From the NCBI GenBank assembly GCA_910587395.1, contig CAJULJ010000003.1, positions 7,012 through 71,011 of the forward strand: a stretch of DNA of 64,000 bases, read 5' to 3'. The stretch comes from an uncultured Oscillospiraceae bacterium. Lineage in GTDB: Bacteria > Bacillota > Clostridia > Oscillospirales > Oscillospiraceae. The notes beneath the pieces are model-generated. The model ran no database searches and was not told the origin of the DNA. It saw nothing but the letters and a program-made list of their open reading frames with translations. Positions 20,401-29,734 of this stretch are shown here, in pieces; the stretch's first letter is position 1; each line of letters opens with the position of its first letter. A program made the translations under genes and the position numbers.

Positions 20401-20641
20401 TGAACCACCGGAAGGCCAGATTCTCATCCCGCTGGGCTCCATCTGTGCCGTTGCAGTAGGCCATAGCCACCCGGTACTGGGCGTCCAGGTCGCCTTCCTC
20501 GGCGGCCTCCACCAGATCCCGGAAGCTCTGCTGCTTCTTGGCGGATACGTCCGCCAGGCTCTGGATAACCTCGGGGTCGATATATACCATGACAGCGTCC
20601 TGCCCGTCGGACAGCAGGCCGTCATTTCGCTCCTCCGCCAT
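17432..20641 (-). CDS. Sel1-like repeat protein (27 tandem 36-aa repeats)
   Basis: Repeated A..LG.CY..G.GV..D...A..(W/L)(F/Y)..AA; ATG 20641 with GAAAGGA RBS. Confidence 0.93.
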   Translation of the reverse strand: MAEERNDGLLSDGQDAVMVYIDPEVIQSLADVSAKKQQSFRDLVEAAEEGDLDAQYRVAMAYCNGTDGAQRDENLAFRWFTKAAEGDYIAAQYGLGLCHIRGIGTEKDPQKGARLLTQAAEQGYPPALCELGLCYELGTGVELDKERAAELYRESGEQDYAPAQCNLGFFYYRGIGVEQDYQEAVSWFEKAAQQEYPRAQTLLGECYENGLGVDKAADKAVELYRAAHEQRYDAGTCALGVCYDHGIGVEKDEKKAAELYRQCAGQGYAKGQFLLAQCYELGQGVEQDAVKSADLYRQAHEDEYPPATCAYGLCFELGQGVEQDLTRAVELYREAADQGYVPAQCNLGFCYYRGIGVEVDDKQAVHWFQLAAEEGYPRALGLLGDCYDFGYGVEADHTKAAQLYRAASDGGYPPGTCSLGLCYELGQGVEQDMDKALELYRQAADAGDARAQCNLGYCYYRAIGVAEDNEQAVYWFDKAAQQGSSRALFLLGQCYEGGFGVETDLEKAVGLYIQADEKGHPAGSCALGLCYELGRGVEMDKTRAVELYRRSAEGGEARGMCNLGFCYYQGIGVEHDDKQAAHWFHLAAKEGYPRAQQLLGECYDGGFGVEKDECKAFELYRQSHEAGYPAGTCALGLCYELGTGVEQDLAKAVELYRQAAQAGSVQAQCNLGYCYYRGIGVEEDNDEAFKWFSKAAQAGQPRARQLLGECYENGYGVEADMGKAVELYQLAHEQHFAAATCSLGTCYEYGKGVVTDKARAVQLYKEAAEQGNTWAMCNYGYCLYQGIGVEMNDEEAVKWFRKSADRGSARAHFLLGECYDYGYGVEADQKEAARLYAIAHEGGYPSGTCSLGLCYELGHGVEQDRETAAKLYRIAAEKGNARAMCNLGFFYYHGITVEEDNTEAAKWFAKAAEQQFHRAEFLLGECYENGYGVEKDEKKAVELYTKAHKGGHSDGTCSLGECYMKGVGVEKDPLRAAALYGEAAERGSSRGLYLKARCCELGQGTDQDLEAARTLYRQAADQGHKKAKEALERLSAAQPQARPQQNAKPAPAKKAEASKKRSWWPFKKK

Positions 20642-20728
20642 GATGTATTCGCTTCCTTTCCAAACTTGCGCGAGCCGCGTCAGGCGGCGCGGTGTATCAG
20701 GCATTATAACACATTGAAACAGAAAAAT

Positions 20729-22093
20729 CTACACGCTTTGGGTGGTTTGAGCGCCGCCCCAGGAGAACAGCCGCTTTTGCCGGAGCAGGTAATAGAGCAG
20801 TCCGGCGGCGTCCGCCAGCAGCCACCCGATGGGCACCGACCACCAGATGCCCACCACGCCGACGGCGGGGACGGCGGACAGCAGATGTGCCAGCGCCACC
20901 CGCGTGCCCAGAGAGATGACGGTGAGCACCACCGACATCCCCGGCCTGCCCAGGGCACGGTACAGGCCGTAGAGCAGGAACAGACAGCCGATGCCGCAGT
21001 AGAAAGCACCCTCAATGCGCAGATAGCGGACCCCTTCCAGAATGGTCTGCGCCTCCTTTGCCTCCACGAACAGTCCCATGAGGGGCTGGGCAAAGACGCA
21101 CACCAGAGCGGAGACGGCGAGGCAGAAAATCATGGACGACACCACCGCGCCCTTCAATCCGGCCCGGATGCGCTCCTCTTTTTTCGCGCCGTAGTTCTGG
21201 GCGATGAAGGTGGAGAAGGCGTTGCCGAAGTCCTGGACGGGCATATAGGCGAAGGCGTCGATCTTCACCGCCGCGGCAAAGGCGGCCATCACGGTGGGAC
21301 CAAAGCTGTTCACCAGTCCCTGGACCATGAGGATGCCCAGGTTCATCACCGACTGCTGGACGCAGGTAAGGATGGAAAAGCCGGCGATCTCCTGAATCCG
21401 AGCGGGCTTGATGTGAAACCGCCCACCCGTGGGGCGCAGCTGAGGGTATTTTGCCAGCGTATAGGCCGTGATGCCAAGTCCTGAGACGTACTGGGCAATG
21501 ACGGTGGCCTCCGCAGCTCCGGCAGCCCCACGTTCCAGCCCCAGCACGAACCACAAATCCAGGGTGATGTTCAGCACGGCGGATACGGCCAGAAAAGCCA
21601 GCGGAACCACGGAATTGCCCACCGCCCGCAGGAAGGAGGCGAAGTAATTGTAAAGGAAGGTGGCGGCGATGCCGCGGAAAATGACCTCCAGGTACTCCCG
21701 CATCATGCTCCACACCTCGTCCGGCACCCGGAGAAAGACCCGAATCCCGTCCAGGCAGAGGAAGGCCAGCACATTCAGCGCCAGGGTGAGGGCGGCGATG
21801 AGGACAAAAGCGGCGTGAGCGCCCTCCCGCAGACCGTCCTCGTCCCGCTGGCCGAAGCGGATGGAGAACACCGCGCCGCTGCCCATGCACAGCCCCAGCA
21901 GGATGGAGGTGAGGAAGGTCATCAGCGTGAAGGAGGAGCCCACGGCGGCCAGGGCGTTTTTGCCCAGGTACTGGCCCACAATGAGGGTGTCCGCGATATT
22001 GTAGCATTGCTGGAGCAGGTCCCCCAGGATCATGGGGACGGCAAAGCGCAGCATGGAACCCAGCACGGGACCACGGGTCAGATCTTGGTTCAC
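20729..22093 (-). CDS. MATE family efflux transporter
   Basis: DLT.GP..LRFAVP, YNIADTLIVG, AQNYGA, about 12 TMs. Confidence 0.92.
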   Translation of the reverse strand: MNQDLTRGPVLGSMLRFAVPMILGDLLQQCYNIADTLIVGQYLGKNALAAVGSSFTLMTFLTSILLGLCMGSGAVFSIRFGQRDEDGLREGAHAAFVLIAALTLALNVLAFLCLDGIRVFLRVPDEVWSMMREYLEVIFRGIAATFLYNYFASFLRAVGNSVVPLAFLAVSAVLNITLDLWFVLGLERGAAGAAEATVIAQYVSGLGITAYTLAKYPQLRPTGGRFHIKPARIQEIAGFSILTCVQQSVMNLGILMVQGLVNSFGPTVMAAFAAAVKIDAFAYMPVQDFGNAFSTFIAQNYGAKKEERIRAGLKGAVVSSMIFCLAVSALVCVFAQPLMGLFVEAKEAQTILEGVRYLRIEGAFYCGIGCLFLLYGLYRALGRPGMSVVLTVISLGTRVALAHLLSAVPAVGVVGIWWSVPIGWLLADAAGLLYYLLRQKRLFSWGGAQTTQSV

Positions 22094-22137
22094 ACGCTCG
22101 CCTCCTTGCGACGGATTGGACCAATGTTCCGCTGATT

Positions 22138-22166
22138 ATTGTAGCGGGCGCGGGGGCTTCTGTCAA
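22138..22166 (-). promoter_or_regulatory. sigma-A promoter for the MATE gene
   Basis: TTGACA-17-TACAAT. Confidence 0.7.
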
Positions 22167-22179
22167 TGCCGTGATATGG

Positions 22180-22212
22180 AAAAAAGAGCGCCGGACGGCT
22201 GTCCGGCGCTTG
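22180..22212 (-). terminator. Terminator after the atp-EEP transcript
   Basis: AGCGCCGGAC-N3-GTCCGGCGCT with A-run on the + strand (U-run on -). Confidence 0.7.
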
Positions 22213-22224
22213 CGAGGTATTCGA

Positions 22225-23328
22225 TCAGGCCTCCTCCTCCAGCGTCACCTGAATCAAAACCGGGTTGTGGTCGGTGTACTGGAATTGGCGGTCCAGGGTT
22301 TCCACGCGGTCCAGCTTCACGTTGGGGGAGAGGATGAACCCGTCGATGACGTAGAACTGGGTGTCCCCGCTGTCCGGGTCGTAGGGCTGGTTCAGCAGGC
22401 GGCAGGTGGGGGCGGACAGGTCACAGGCGAACCGCCAGCCCTCCGGGAGGATGTCCTCCTCCAGCACACCGGGGGTCCATAGGGACGGGTCCTTGATGGG
22501 GAAGGCGTCCAGCGCACCGGGGAAGGTCTGGTTGAAGTCGCCCCCGGCGATGACGTAGTTGCCCCTTTCATATTCGCTGGTGAGGAAATCCATCAGCACC
22601 TTGGTCTGTGCGGCCTTGCCCTCGCCGTCGTCGTAGGCCTCCAGGTGGAGGTTGACCAGCACCAGCTCCTTGTCGGAGTCATCCAGCGGCACATAGCTCA
22701 CCAGCAGGCACCGCTTCAAGTTGGCGGCGGACACCGGCCAGGAGAAAGGGCAGGGCAGGGCGATGCGCTGGGCTCCGGCTACGGAGAAACGGGACAGGGT
22801 CTGCAAGCCGCTGTGCACCTTGCCAATGGGGGGTAGGGGGTAGGGCACGAAATCGCAGGAGTAGTTCAAGGCATACATCCAGCAATATGGGCCAAACTCG
22901 TCATTATTGAGGATTCCGTGATACCAGACTGCCTGATTGCTGCCTCCGGTGCGGGAGGAATCGGTGTCCACCTCTTGGAGAAAATACACATCGGCGTCCT
23001 GTGCCTGGAGCTGCTGAACGATACCGTTCTCATAGGTCACTACTTGTTCCCCGGTGGGAGTTACGTCCTTTCCGCCGTCCATAAAGAAATCGGCTTCCTT
23101 CCCAAGCCCAGCATATCCGGTGTTCTGGGAGACAAGGGTCAGGCTGTCGCCCACCGTGAGAGTTTTCCAGGTATACATATAGGCGGGAGAAAGTCCTGTC
23201 CCAACCTCCAGTTCCTCTACAGCGTCCGGCTTGTACTCCGTCAAAGTCAGCCACGCCACCAGCCCCACCGCAACTAGTACTACCAAACCAACAGCGATCC
23301 CTGCCCATTTCAGCATCTTTTTCGCCAT
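22225..23328 (-). CDS. Membrane-anchored endonuclease/exonuclease/phosphatase (EEP) family protein
   Basis: N-terminal TM, LQEVD, NLHL, GGDFN, IDG, TDH motifs. Confidence 0.85.
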   Translation of the reverse strand: MAKKMLKWAGIAVGLVVLVAVGLVAWLTLTEYKPDAVEELEVGTGLSPAYMYTWKTLTVGDSLTLVSQNTGYAGLGKEADFFMDGGKDVTPTGEQVVTYENGIVQQLQAQDADVYFLQEVDTDSSRTGGSNQAVWYHGILNNDEFGPYCWMYALNYSCDFVPYPLPPIGKVHSGLQTLSRFSVAGAQRIALPCPFSWPVSAANLKRCLLVSYVPLDDSDKELVLVNLHLEAYDDGEGKAAQTKVLMDFLTSEYERGNYVIAGGDFNQTFPGALDAFPIKDPSLWTPGVLEEDILPEGWRFACDLSAPTCRLLNQPYDPDSGDTQFYVIDGFILSPNVKLDRVETLDRQFQYTDHNPVLIQVTLEEEA

Positions 23329-23352
23329 GCGGCCACGTCCTTTCTGTAATCG

Positions 23353-23765
23353 CTACAGTCCTTGGCCCCTGTCCTTCACCCGCAGGCGGTTCAGCGCCCG
23401 GGCCAGGGTGGCCTGGGCCAGCTGGTGCTCCTGACGGCTCTTTTTCTGGAGGATGGCCTCCCGGGCCTGATCGGCCTCCCGGCGCGCCCGGGCCTCGTCG
23501 ATCTCCTCGGGCCGCTCGGCGGAGTCCACCAGGACGAGCACCTCATTATTTTCCACCTTCACCATGCCGGGGGACACCGCCGCCAGCTGGACCTCCTGCT
23601 CCGGAGGCTGCCAGCGGATAGTTCCCGGCACGAGGGCGGCCATCATGCTGCTGTGGTGGGCCAGGATGCCCCGCTCCCCGTCGCTGGCGGGGATGGTCAA
23701 GCTGACACACGGCCCCTCGTAAAGCGTCTTGTCGGCGGCCAGAATGTGGACCTGAAAGGTATCCA

Positions 23766-23766
<1 letters not shown>
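23353..23766 (-). CDS. atpC: ATP synthase epsilon subunit
   Basis: GERGILAHH, SAERPEEID..RA, LARALNRL. Confidence 0.9.
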
Positions 23767-25166
<1,400 letters not shown>

Positions 25167-25169
25167 TCA

Positions 25170-26072
25170 TCAACCTTCCTTCTCGTGCTTTTTGCGCTGG
25201 GCCCTGGCCCCGGCGGACACCTCAGTGATCTCCTGGGTGATGGCCGACTGCCGGACCCGGTTGAATTCCAGGGACAGCTCTCCCAGCAGCTTTTCTGCGT
25301 TCTGATTGGCGCTGTCCATGGCGGTCATGCGGGCCTGCTGCTCGCAGCAGAAGCTGTCGATGAGCGCGCTGTAGATGAAGCCGGATACATAGCTGGGCAT
25401 CATACTGTCCAGCACTGAGTTCACGTCGGGCAGAAACTCAAACTGGGACGTCACCGGAGGCTCAGTGAGGGCGGTATCCGCGAAATAGGTCCGGTGAAAG
25501 GGCAGCACCCTGGTGCATCTGGCCTCAAAGGACATGGCGCTTTTCATATCGGTATAGACCACAAAGATCTTCTCCAATTCCTCCCGCCGGAAGCCGTCCA
25601 GCAGCAGGGCGCTGATTTCCCGCGCCCTTGCCATGGTGGGATTCTGGGCGGTGTAGAGAAAGCTGTGCTCAATGGGGATGTTGTGGGAGGCGAAAAACCG
25701 CCGTCCGTACTCGCCCACCACGAACAGCTTGGTGTCCGGGTGCTGCTCCAGCAGCTTCAGCGCCTCTTTGATGGCGTTCTGGTTATAGGCTCCCGCCAGT
25801 CCCTTGTCGGCGGTGATGACCAGGCAGCCGTAAGCGCCGGCCAGCGGCGGCTCCCCCTCAGCGGGGTAGAAGTAGGGGCTGTCCACGTTCTTCACCGTGC
25901 GGAAGATACGCTTAATCTCCCGGCGCAGGGCATCAAAATAGGGGCGGGTGTTGTCCAGCTCCTGTCTTGCCCGGCGCAGCTTGGTGGAGGCGATCAGGTA
26001 CATGGCGTTGGTGATTTTCCTCGTCTCCTGGACGCTTTCAATGTGGGTTTTGATCTCCTTCGTCCCGGCCAT
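25170..26072 (-). CDS. atpG: ATP synthase gamma subunit
   Basis: KITNAM, ADKGLAGAYN, ARMTAMDSA, RQSAITQEI. Confidence 0.95.
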   Translation of the reverse strand: MAGTKEIKTHIESVQETRKITNAMYLIASTKLRRARQELDNTRPYFDALRREIKRIFRTVKNVDSPYFYPAEGEPPLAGAYGCLVITADKGLAGAYNQNAIKEALKLLEQHPDTKLFVVGEYGRRFFASHNIPIEHSFLYTAQNPTMARAREISALLLDGFRREELEKIFVVYTDMKSAMSFEARCTRVLPFHRTYFADTALTEPPVTSQFEFLPDVNSVLDSMMPSYVSGFIYSALIDSFCCEQQARMTAMDSANQNAEKLLGELSLEFNRVRQSAITQEITEVSAGARAQRKKHEKEG

Positions 26073-26073
26073 G

Positions 26074-27834
26074 TCAGCCCTCCTGCGTTGCGCCGCTCAG
26101 AAAACGCGCCAGATGCTCCCGGGACAGCTTCAAAATTTCCTCCCGGTCATCCTCGGACAGCCGCCCGGCCTGGTCGATGCGGGCGCACAGGTCCGGGGCG
26201 TCCTCCTCCAGCGCGGCCAGAAGCCCGGCGCGGAACTCGTCCATGCGGCTCAGCGGCACGTTCTGCATCACATGGTCCATGGCGGCGGTGAGGATAATCA
26301 CCTGCCTGTGCTGGGACAGGGGGGCGTACTGAGGCTGGCGCAGCAGGTGCATCAGCCCCTGGCCGTAGGCCAGCTGCCGCTTTGTCGCGTCGTCCAGGTC
26401 GCTGGAGAACTGAGTGAACACCTCCATCTCCCGGTACTGGGCCAGCTCCAGCCGGATGGCTCCGGCGGCGGATTTCATGGCTTTGGTCTGGGCGTCGCCG
26501 CCCACGCGGGATACTGACAGGCCCACGTTGACGGCGGGCCGCTGGCCGGAGAAGAACAGGTCGCTTTCCAGGAAAATCTGGCCGTCGGTGATGGAGATGA
26601 TGTTGGTGGGGATATAGGTGGACACATCCCCCGCCTGGGTCTCCACGATGGGCAGGGCGGTCATGCTGCCGCCCCCCAGCTCGTCGCTGAGATGGGCGGA
26701 CCGCTCCAGCAGCCGGGAGTGGAGGTAGAACACGTCGCCGGGGAAGGCCTCGCGGCCGGGGGAGCGCTCCAGCAACAGGGACAGCGCCCGGTAGGCGATG
26801 GCGTGCTTGGACAGGTCGTCATACACGATGAGCACATCCCGGCCCTGGTACATGAAATGCTCACCCAGAGCGCACCCGGCGTAGGGAGCGATATACTGCA
26901 AGGCGGCGGAGGCTCCGGCGGTGGCGGTGACGATGACAGTGTACTCCATAGCCCCCCGACGCTCCAGATTTTCGGCAAGCTGGGCCACGGAGCTGGTCTT
27001 CTGCCCGATGGCGACGTAAATGCACACCACGTCCTTGCCCTTCTGGTTGAGGATGGTGTCCAGGGCGATGGCGGTTTTGCCGGTCTGACGGTCGCCAATG
27101 ATCAGCTCCCGCTGGCCCCGGCCGATGGGGAACATGGAGTCGATGGCCAGCAGGCCCGTTTCCATGGGGGTATTCACCGGCTGGCGGTCCAGAATGCTGG
27201 GGGCGGGGGTTTCCATGGGGCGGTAGTCCTCCGGCTCAATGGCGCCCTTACCGTCCACAGGCACGCCAAGGGCGTCCACCACCCGGCCCAGGTAGCCGTC
27301 GCCCACAGGCATTCCGGCGGTTTTTAAGGTGCGGCGGACCATGCTGCCCGCGCAGATCTCCTCACCGTCGCCGAACAGGATGCAGCTCAGCCCATCCGGG
27401 CGCAGGTCCTGCACCATACCCTTCACGCCGCCTGAGAACAGCAAAATCTCCCCATACTGAGCGTGGGCAAGCCCGTTGACAGTGGCGATGTCGCTGTCTA
27501 CAGAGAGCACCTCGCCGATCTCCTCCGGGACGGGGACAGGCTCCCACTCCTCCACCGCCTGACGGATGAGGGGGACGATGTCATTGTGCCCGGGATGGAG
27601 GTGGCGCAGGTAGTCCTGGAACTGCCTCACCCGGCCATCCAGGGTCCAGTCGTACACGTCGGAACCCACCTGGAGGCGGAAGCCGTCCTGAAGGGACTCG
27701 TCGAGCTCCCAGTGCAGGGGGACCTTCCGTTTGTAGGTCTGGGTCAAAAACTGGTCGAAGCGCTGGAGCTGCTCCTCGGTGGGCTGGTCGGCGCTGCGCA
27801 GTTGGGCGGTCAGGCGGCTTCTAGCGGCCCTCAT
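26074..27834 (-). CDS. atpA: ATP synthase alpha subunit with N-terminal delta-like domain
   Basis: GDRQTGKT, PGREAFPGDVFYLHSRLLER, SVSRVG; about 80 extra N-terminal residues. Confidence 0.95.
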   Translation of the reverse strand: MRAARSRLTAQLRSADQPTEEQLQRFDQFLTQTYKRKVPLHWELDESLQDGFRLQVGSDVYDWTLDGRVRQFQDYLRHLHPGHNDIVPLIRQAVEEWEPVPVPEEIGEVLSVDSDIATVNGLAHAQYGEILLFSGGVKGMVQDLRPDGLSCILFGDGEEICAGSMVRRTLKTAGMPVGDGYLGRVVDALGVPVDGKGAIEPEDYRPMETPAPSILDRQPVNTPMETGLLAIDSMFPIGRGQRELIIGDRQTGKTAIALDTILNQKGKDVVCIYVAIGQKTSSVAQLAENLERRGAMEYTVIVTATAGASAALQYIAPYAGCALGEHFMYQGRDVLIVYDDLSKHAIAYRALSLLLERSPGREAFPGDVFYLHSRLLERSAHLSDELGGGSMTALPIVETQAGDVSTYIPTNIISITDGQIFLESDLFFSGQRPAVNVGLSVSRVGGDAQTKAMKSAAGAIRLELAQYREMEVFTQFSSDLDDATKRQLAYGQGLMHLLRQPQYAPLSQHRQVIILTAAMDHVMQNVPLSRMDEFRAGLLAALEEDAPDLCARIDQAGRLSEDDREEILKLSREHLARFLSGATQEG

Positions 27835-28312
27835 GGGTCTTGCCTCCCTCCGTCAGGTCCAGGAACTGGTCGAAAAAGTCCTCTCCAGGCTTGGCGGCCA
27901 GCTTCTTCGCCGCCTTGGCGGCCAGCTCCCGCATCTCCTTCTGGGACTCCCGGATGGCCCGCTCCTTGGTCTGTTCCGCCTCGGCCTTGGCCTTGGCTAC
28001 GATGTGTCTGGCCTGCTCCTCCGCCTGGGCCAGCTGCTCCTGGGCGGCCTGCTGGGCGGCCTGCTGGGCCTTGACCCGCTCCTGATGGATCTCTTCGTCG
28101 GCGCGGTCTAGCTTGGCCTGACAGCCGGCCTTGAGCTGCTCCGCCTGGGCCAGCTTGTCCTCGGCCAGCTTGTCCAGCTCCTGATAGTGGTCCGCCCGCT
28201 TCCGCATAAACTGCTTTACCGGCTCGAAAAGAAGGAAGTAAAGCCCTCCCGTCAGGATGGCCAGGTTCATCCAATGCAGCAGGATCTGCTGCCAGTCGAT
28301 ATTCAGAGGCAT
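27821..28312 (-). CDS. atpF: ATP synthase b subunit
   Basis: N-terminal TM (W..N..IL..L..LLFEP) then charged coiled coil; operon position. Confidence 0.85.
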   Translation of the reverse strand: MPLNIDWQQILLHWMNLAILTGGLYFLLFEPVKQFMRKRADHYQELDKLAEDKLAQAEQLKAGCQAKLDRADEEIHQERVKAQQAAQQAAQEQLAQAEEQARHIVAKAKAEAEQTKERAIRESQKEMRELAAKAAKKLAAKPGEDFFDQFLDLTEGGKTHEGR

Positions 28313-28331
28313 GATAATGTCCTCCCCAAAG

Positions 28332-28694
28332 TTACAGTACGAAGATGATGAGGATGACCACCAGCAAAGCGTAGATGATGGCCGTCTCAATGAACACCAG
28401 GCCCAGCATCAGGGTGGTGCGCACCTTGCCCTCCGCCTCGGGCTGACGGGCGATGCTCTCGGTGGTTTTGGCGGTGGCCAGGCCCATGCCGATTCCACCG
28501 CCCGCGGCGGCCAGACCCACGGCGATGCCTGTGGCCACGGCCTTCAGGCCGATGGAATTGTCCTGCTGGGTCTCGGACTGGGCGGCGGGCTCAGAGGCGC
28601 TGGGGGCGTCGGCGGCCATAGCGGGGGCGGCCAGGAACAGGACGAGCAGCATGACGCCCGCCAGAGCGATCATCTTTTTCAACAGCTTATTCAT
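28332..28694 (-). CDS. atpE: ATP synthase c subunit with N-terminal extension
   Basis: GGGIGMG, ARQPE loop, FIETAIIY; GGAGG RBS before ATG 28694. Confidence 0.92.
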   Translation of the reverse strand: MNKLLKKMIALAGVMLLVLFLAAPAMAADAPSASEPAAQSETQQDNSIGLKAVATGIAVGLAAAGGGIGMGLATAKTTESIARQPEAEGKVRTTLMLGLVFIETAIIYALLVVILIIFVL

Positions 28695-28730
28695 AGATAA
28701 CAACCTCCATATTCAATTATTTTAGGCGGT

Positions 28731-29558
28731 TCAGGCGTTGTCCGCCGGGACCTTTTTTTCTTTATGATGGGACGGCTCGGACACCTCGCCGTAGTACAGC
28801 GCCACGAGCATGGTCAGCACGTAGGTCTGGATCAGGGCGTGGAGCAGGGTGAACATCACGCCCACAATCACCGGCAGCACGAAGCTGAGGCTGACGTAGT
28901 AATAGACCAGCTCCGTCACCAGCAGGCCGCTGAGCAGCGCGCCGAAGAGACGAAAGCTCATGGAGATGGGCAGGGAGAACTCCTTCAGGGCTTTCAGCAC
29001 GCCCTTGGGGCCGTGCTCCGCCACGCCGCCGGAGGCGATGACCAGATAGGACAGCACGCCCAGGCCGATGGCGGCGTTCACGTCCGACAGGGGGGCGGGC
29101 AGGGTGATGGGCCGACCGTGTACGGTGACGGCCTGGAGGCCCAGCAGCTCAAACAGCGTTCCCACGAAGATGAACGCCCCGGCGGAAAAGATGTAGGCCC
29201 CCATAAACCGGTTTCGGTGGGGGCTGCTTCCCTTGGCCATGCCGTCGAACAAGCCCACCGCTTCCTCCAGCACCAGCTGGAGTTTTCCAGGCTGGAACTT
29301 GAACCGGGGGATGGCGAAAATTCGGATCAGCACGGCGGCGATCAGCAGGACAGCCGTCACCAGGAAGGCGGAGATCATCCCCGGATTGACCGCCTTCAGT
29401 TCGAATAGGCTGATCTGTCCCGAGTCGTGGAGCACTGCGTCCCGCATGGCTTCCTGGACGGTCTCCGAACGGCCTGAGGAGCCCGCCAGCAGCGCGGCGA
29501 TGAACAGCAGCACCACGGTGAGGAGCCAGACCACCAGGCCCTTTTTGTGTTGCTTCAT
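28731..29558 (-). CDS. atpB: ATP synthase a subunit
   Basis: PGKLQ..E, AP.SD.N, PISMSFRLFG (conserved Arg), IQTYV. Confidence 0.88.
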   Translation of the reverse strand: MKQHKKGLVVWLLTVVLLFIAALLAGSSGRSETVQEAMRDAVLHDSGQISLFELKAVNPGMISAFLVTAVLLIAAVLIRIFAIPRFKFQPGKLQLVLEEAVGLFDGMAKGSSPHRNRFMGAYIFSAGAFIFVGTLFELLGLQAVTVHGRPITLPAPLSDVNAAIGLGVLSYLVIASGGVAEHGPKGVLKALKEFSLPISMSFRLFGALLSGLLVTELVYYYVSLSFVLPVIVGVMFTLLHALIQTYVLTMLVALYYGEVSEPSHHKEKKVPADNA

Positions 29559-29618
29559 CAAAGCATTCCTTCTTTCGAGCAGTCTGTCTGCCGCCCGGAC
29601 GGGGCGGCGGCGGACTTC

Positions 29619-29647
29619 ATTATACACCCGCTTATTTCCAATGTCCA
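29619..29647 (-). promoter_or_regulatory. sigma-A promoter for the atp operon
   Basis: TGGACA-17-TATAAT. Confidence 0.7.
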
Positions 29648-29669
29648 CCCGGTTTTGCGGAAAAAAGCG

Positions 29670-29700
29670 AAAGCGCCGGGAGGCAGAATCCCGGCGCTTT
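29670..29700 (-). terminator. Intrinsic terminator
   Basis: AAAGCGCCGGGA-N7-TCCCGGCGCTTT. Confidence 0.75.
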
Positions 29701-29734
29701 GTCAGGGTTGGAAAAAACTGAATGCAAAGAGAAT

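Noticed and set aside
17432..20500. Periodic DNA repeats as a possible CRISPR array
   Set aside because: In-frame degenerate 108-bp protein repeats; no identical repeats with unique spacers and no cas genes
17423..21484. Long plus-strand ORFs (781 aa, 552 aa) antisense to the Sel1 and MATE genes
   Set aside because: Shadow ORFs of GC-rich coding sequence with no recognisable motifs
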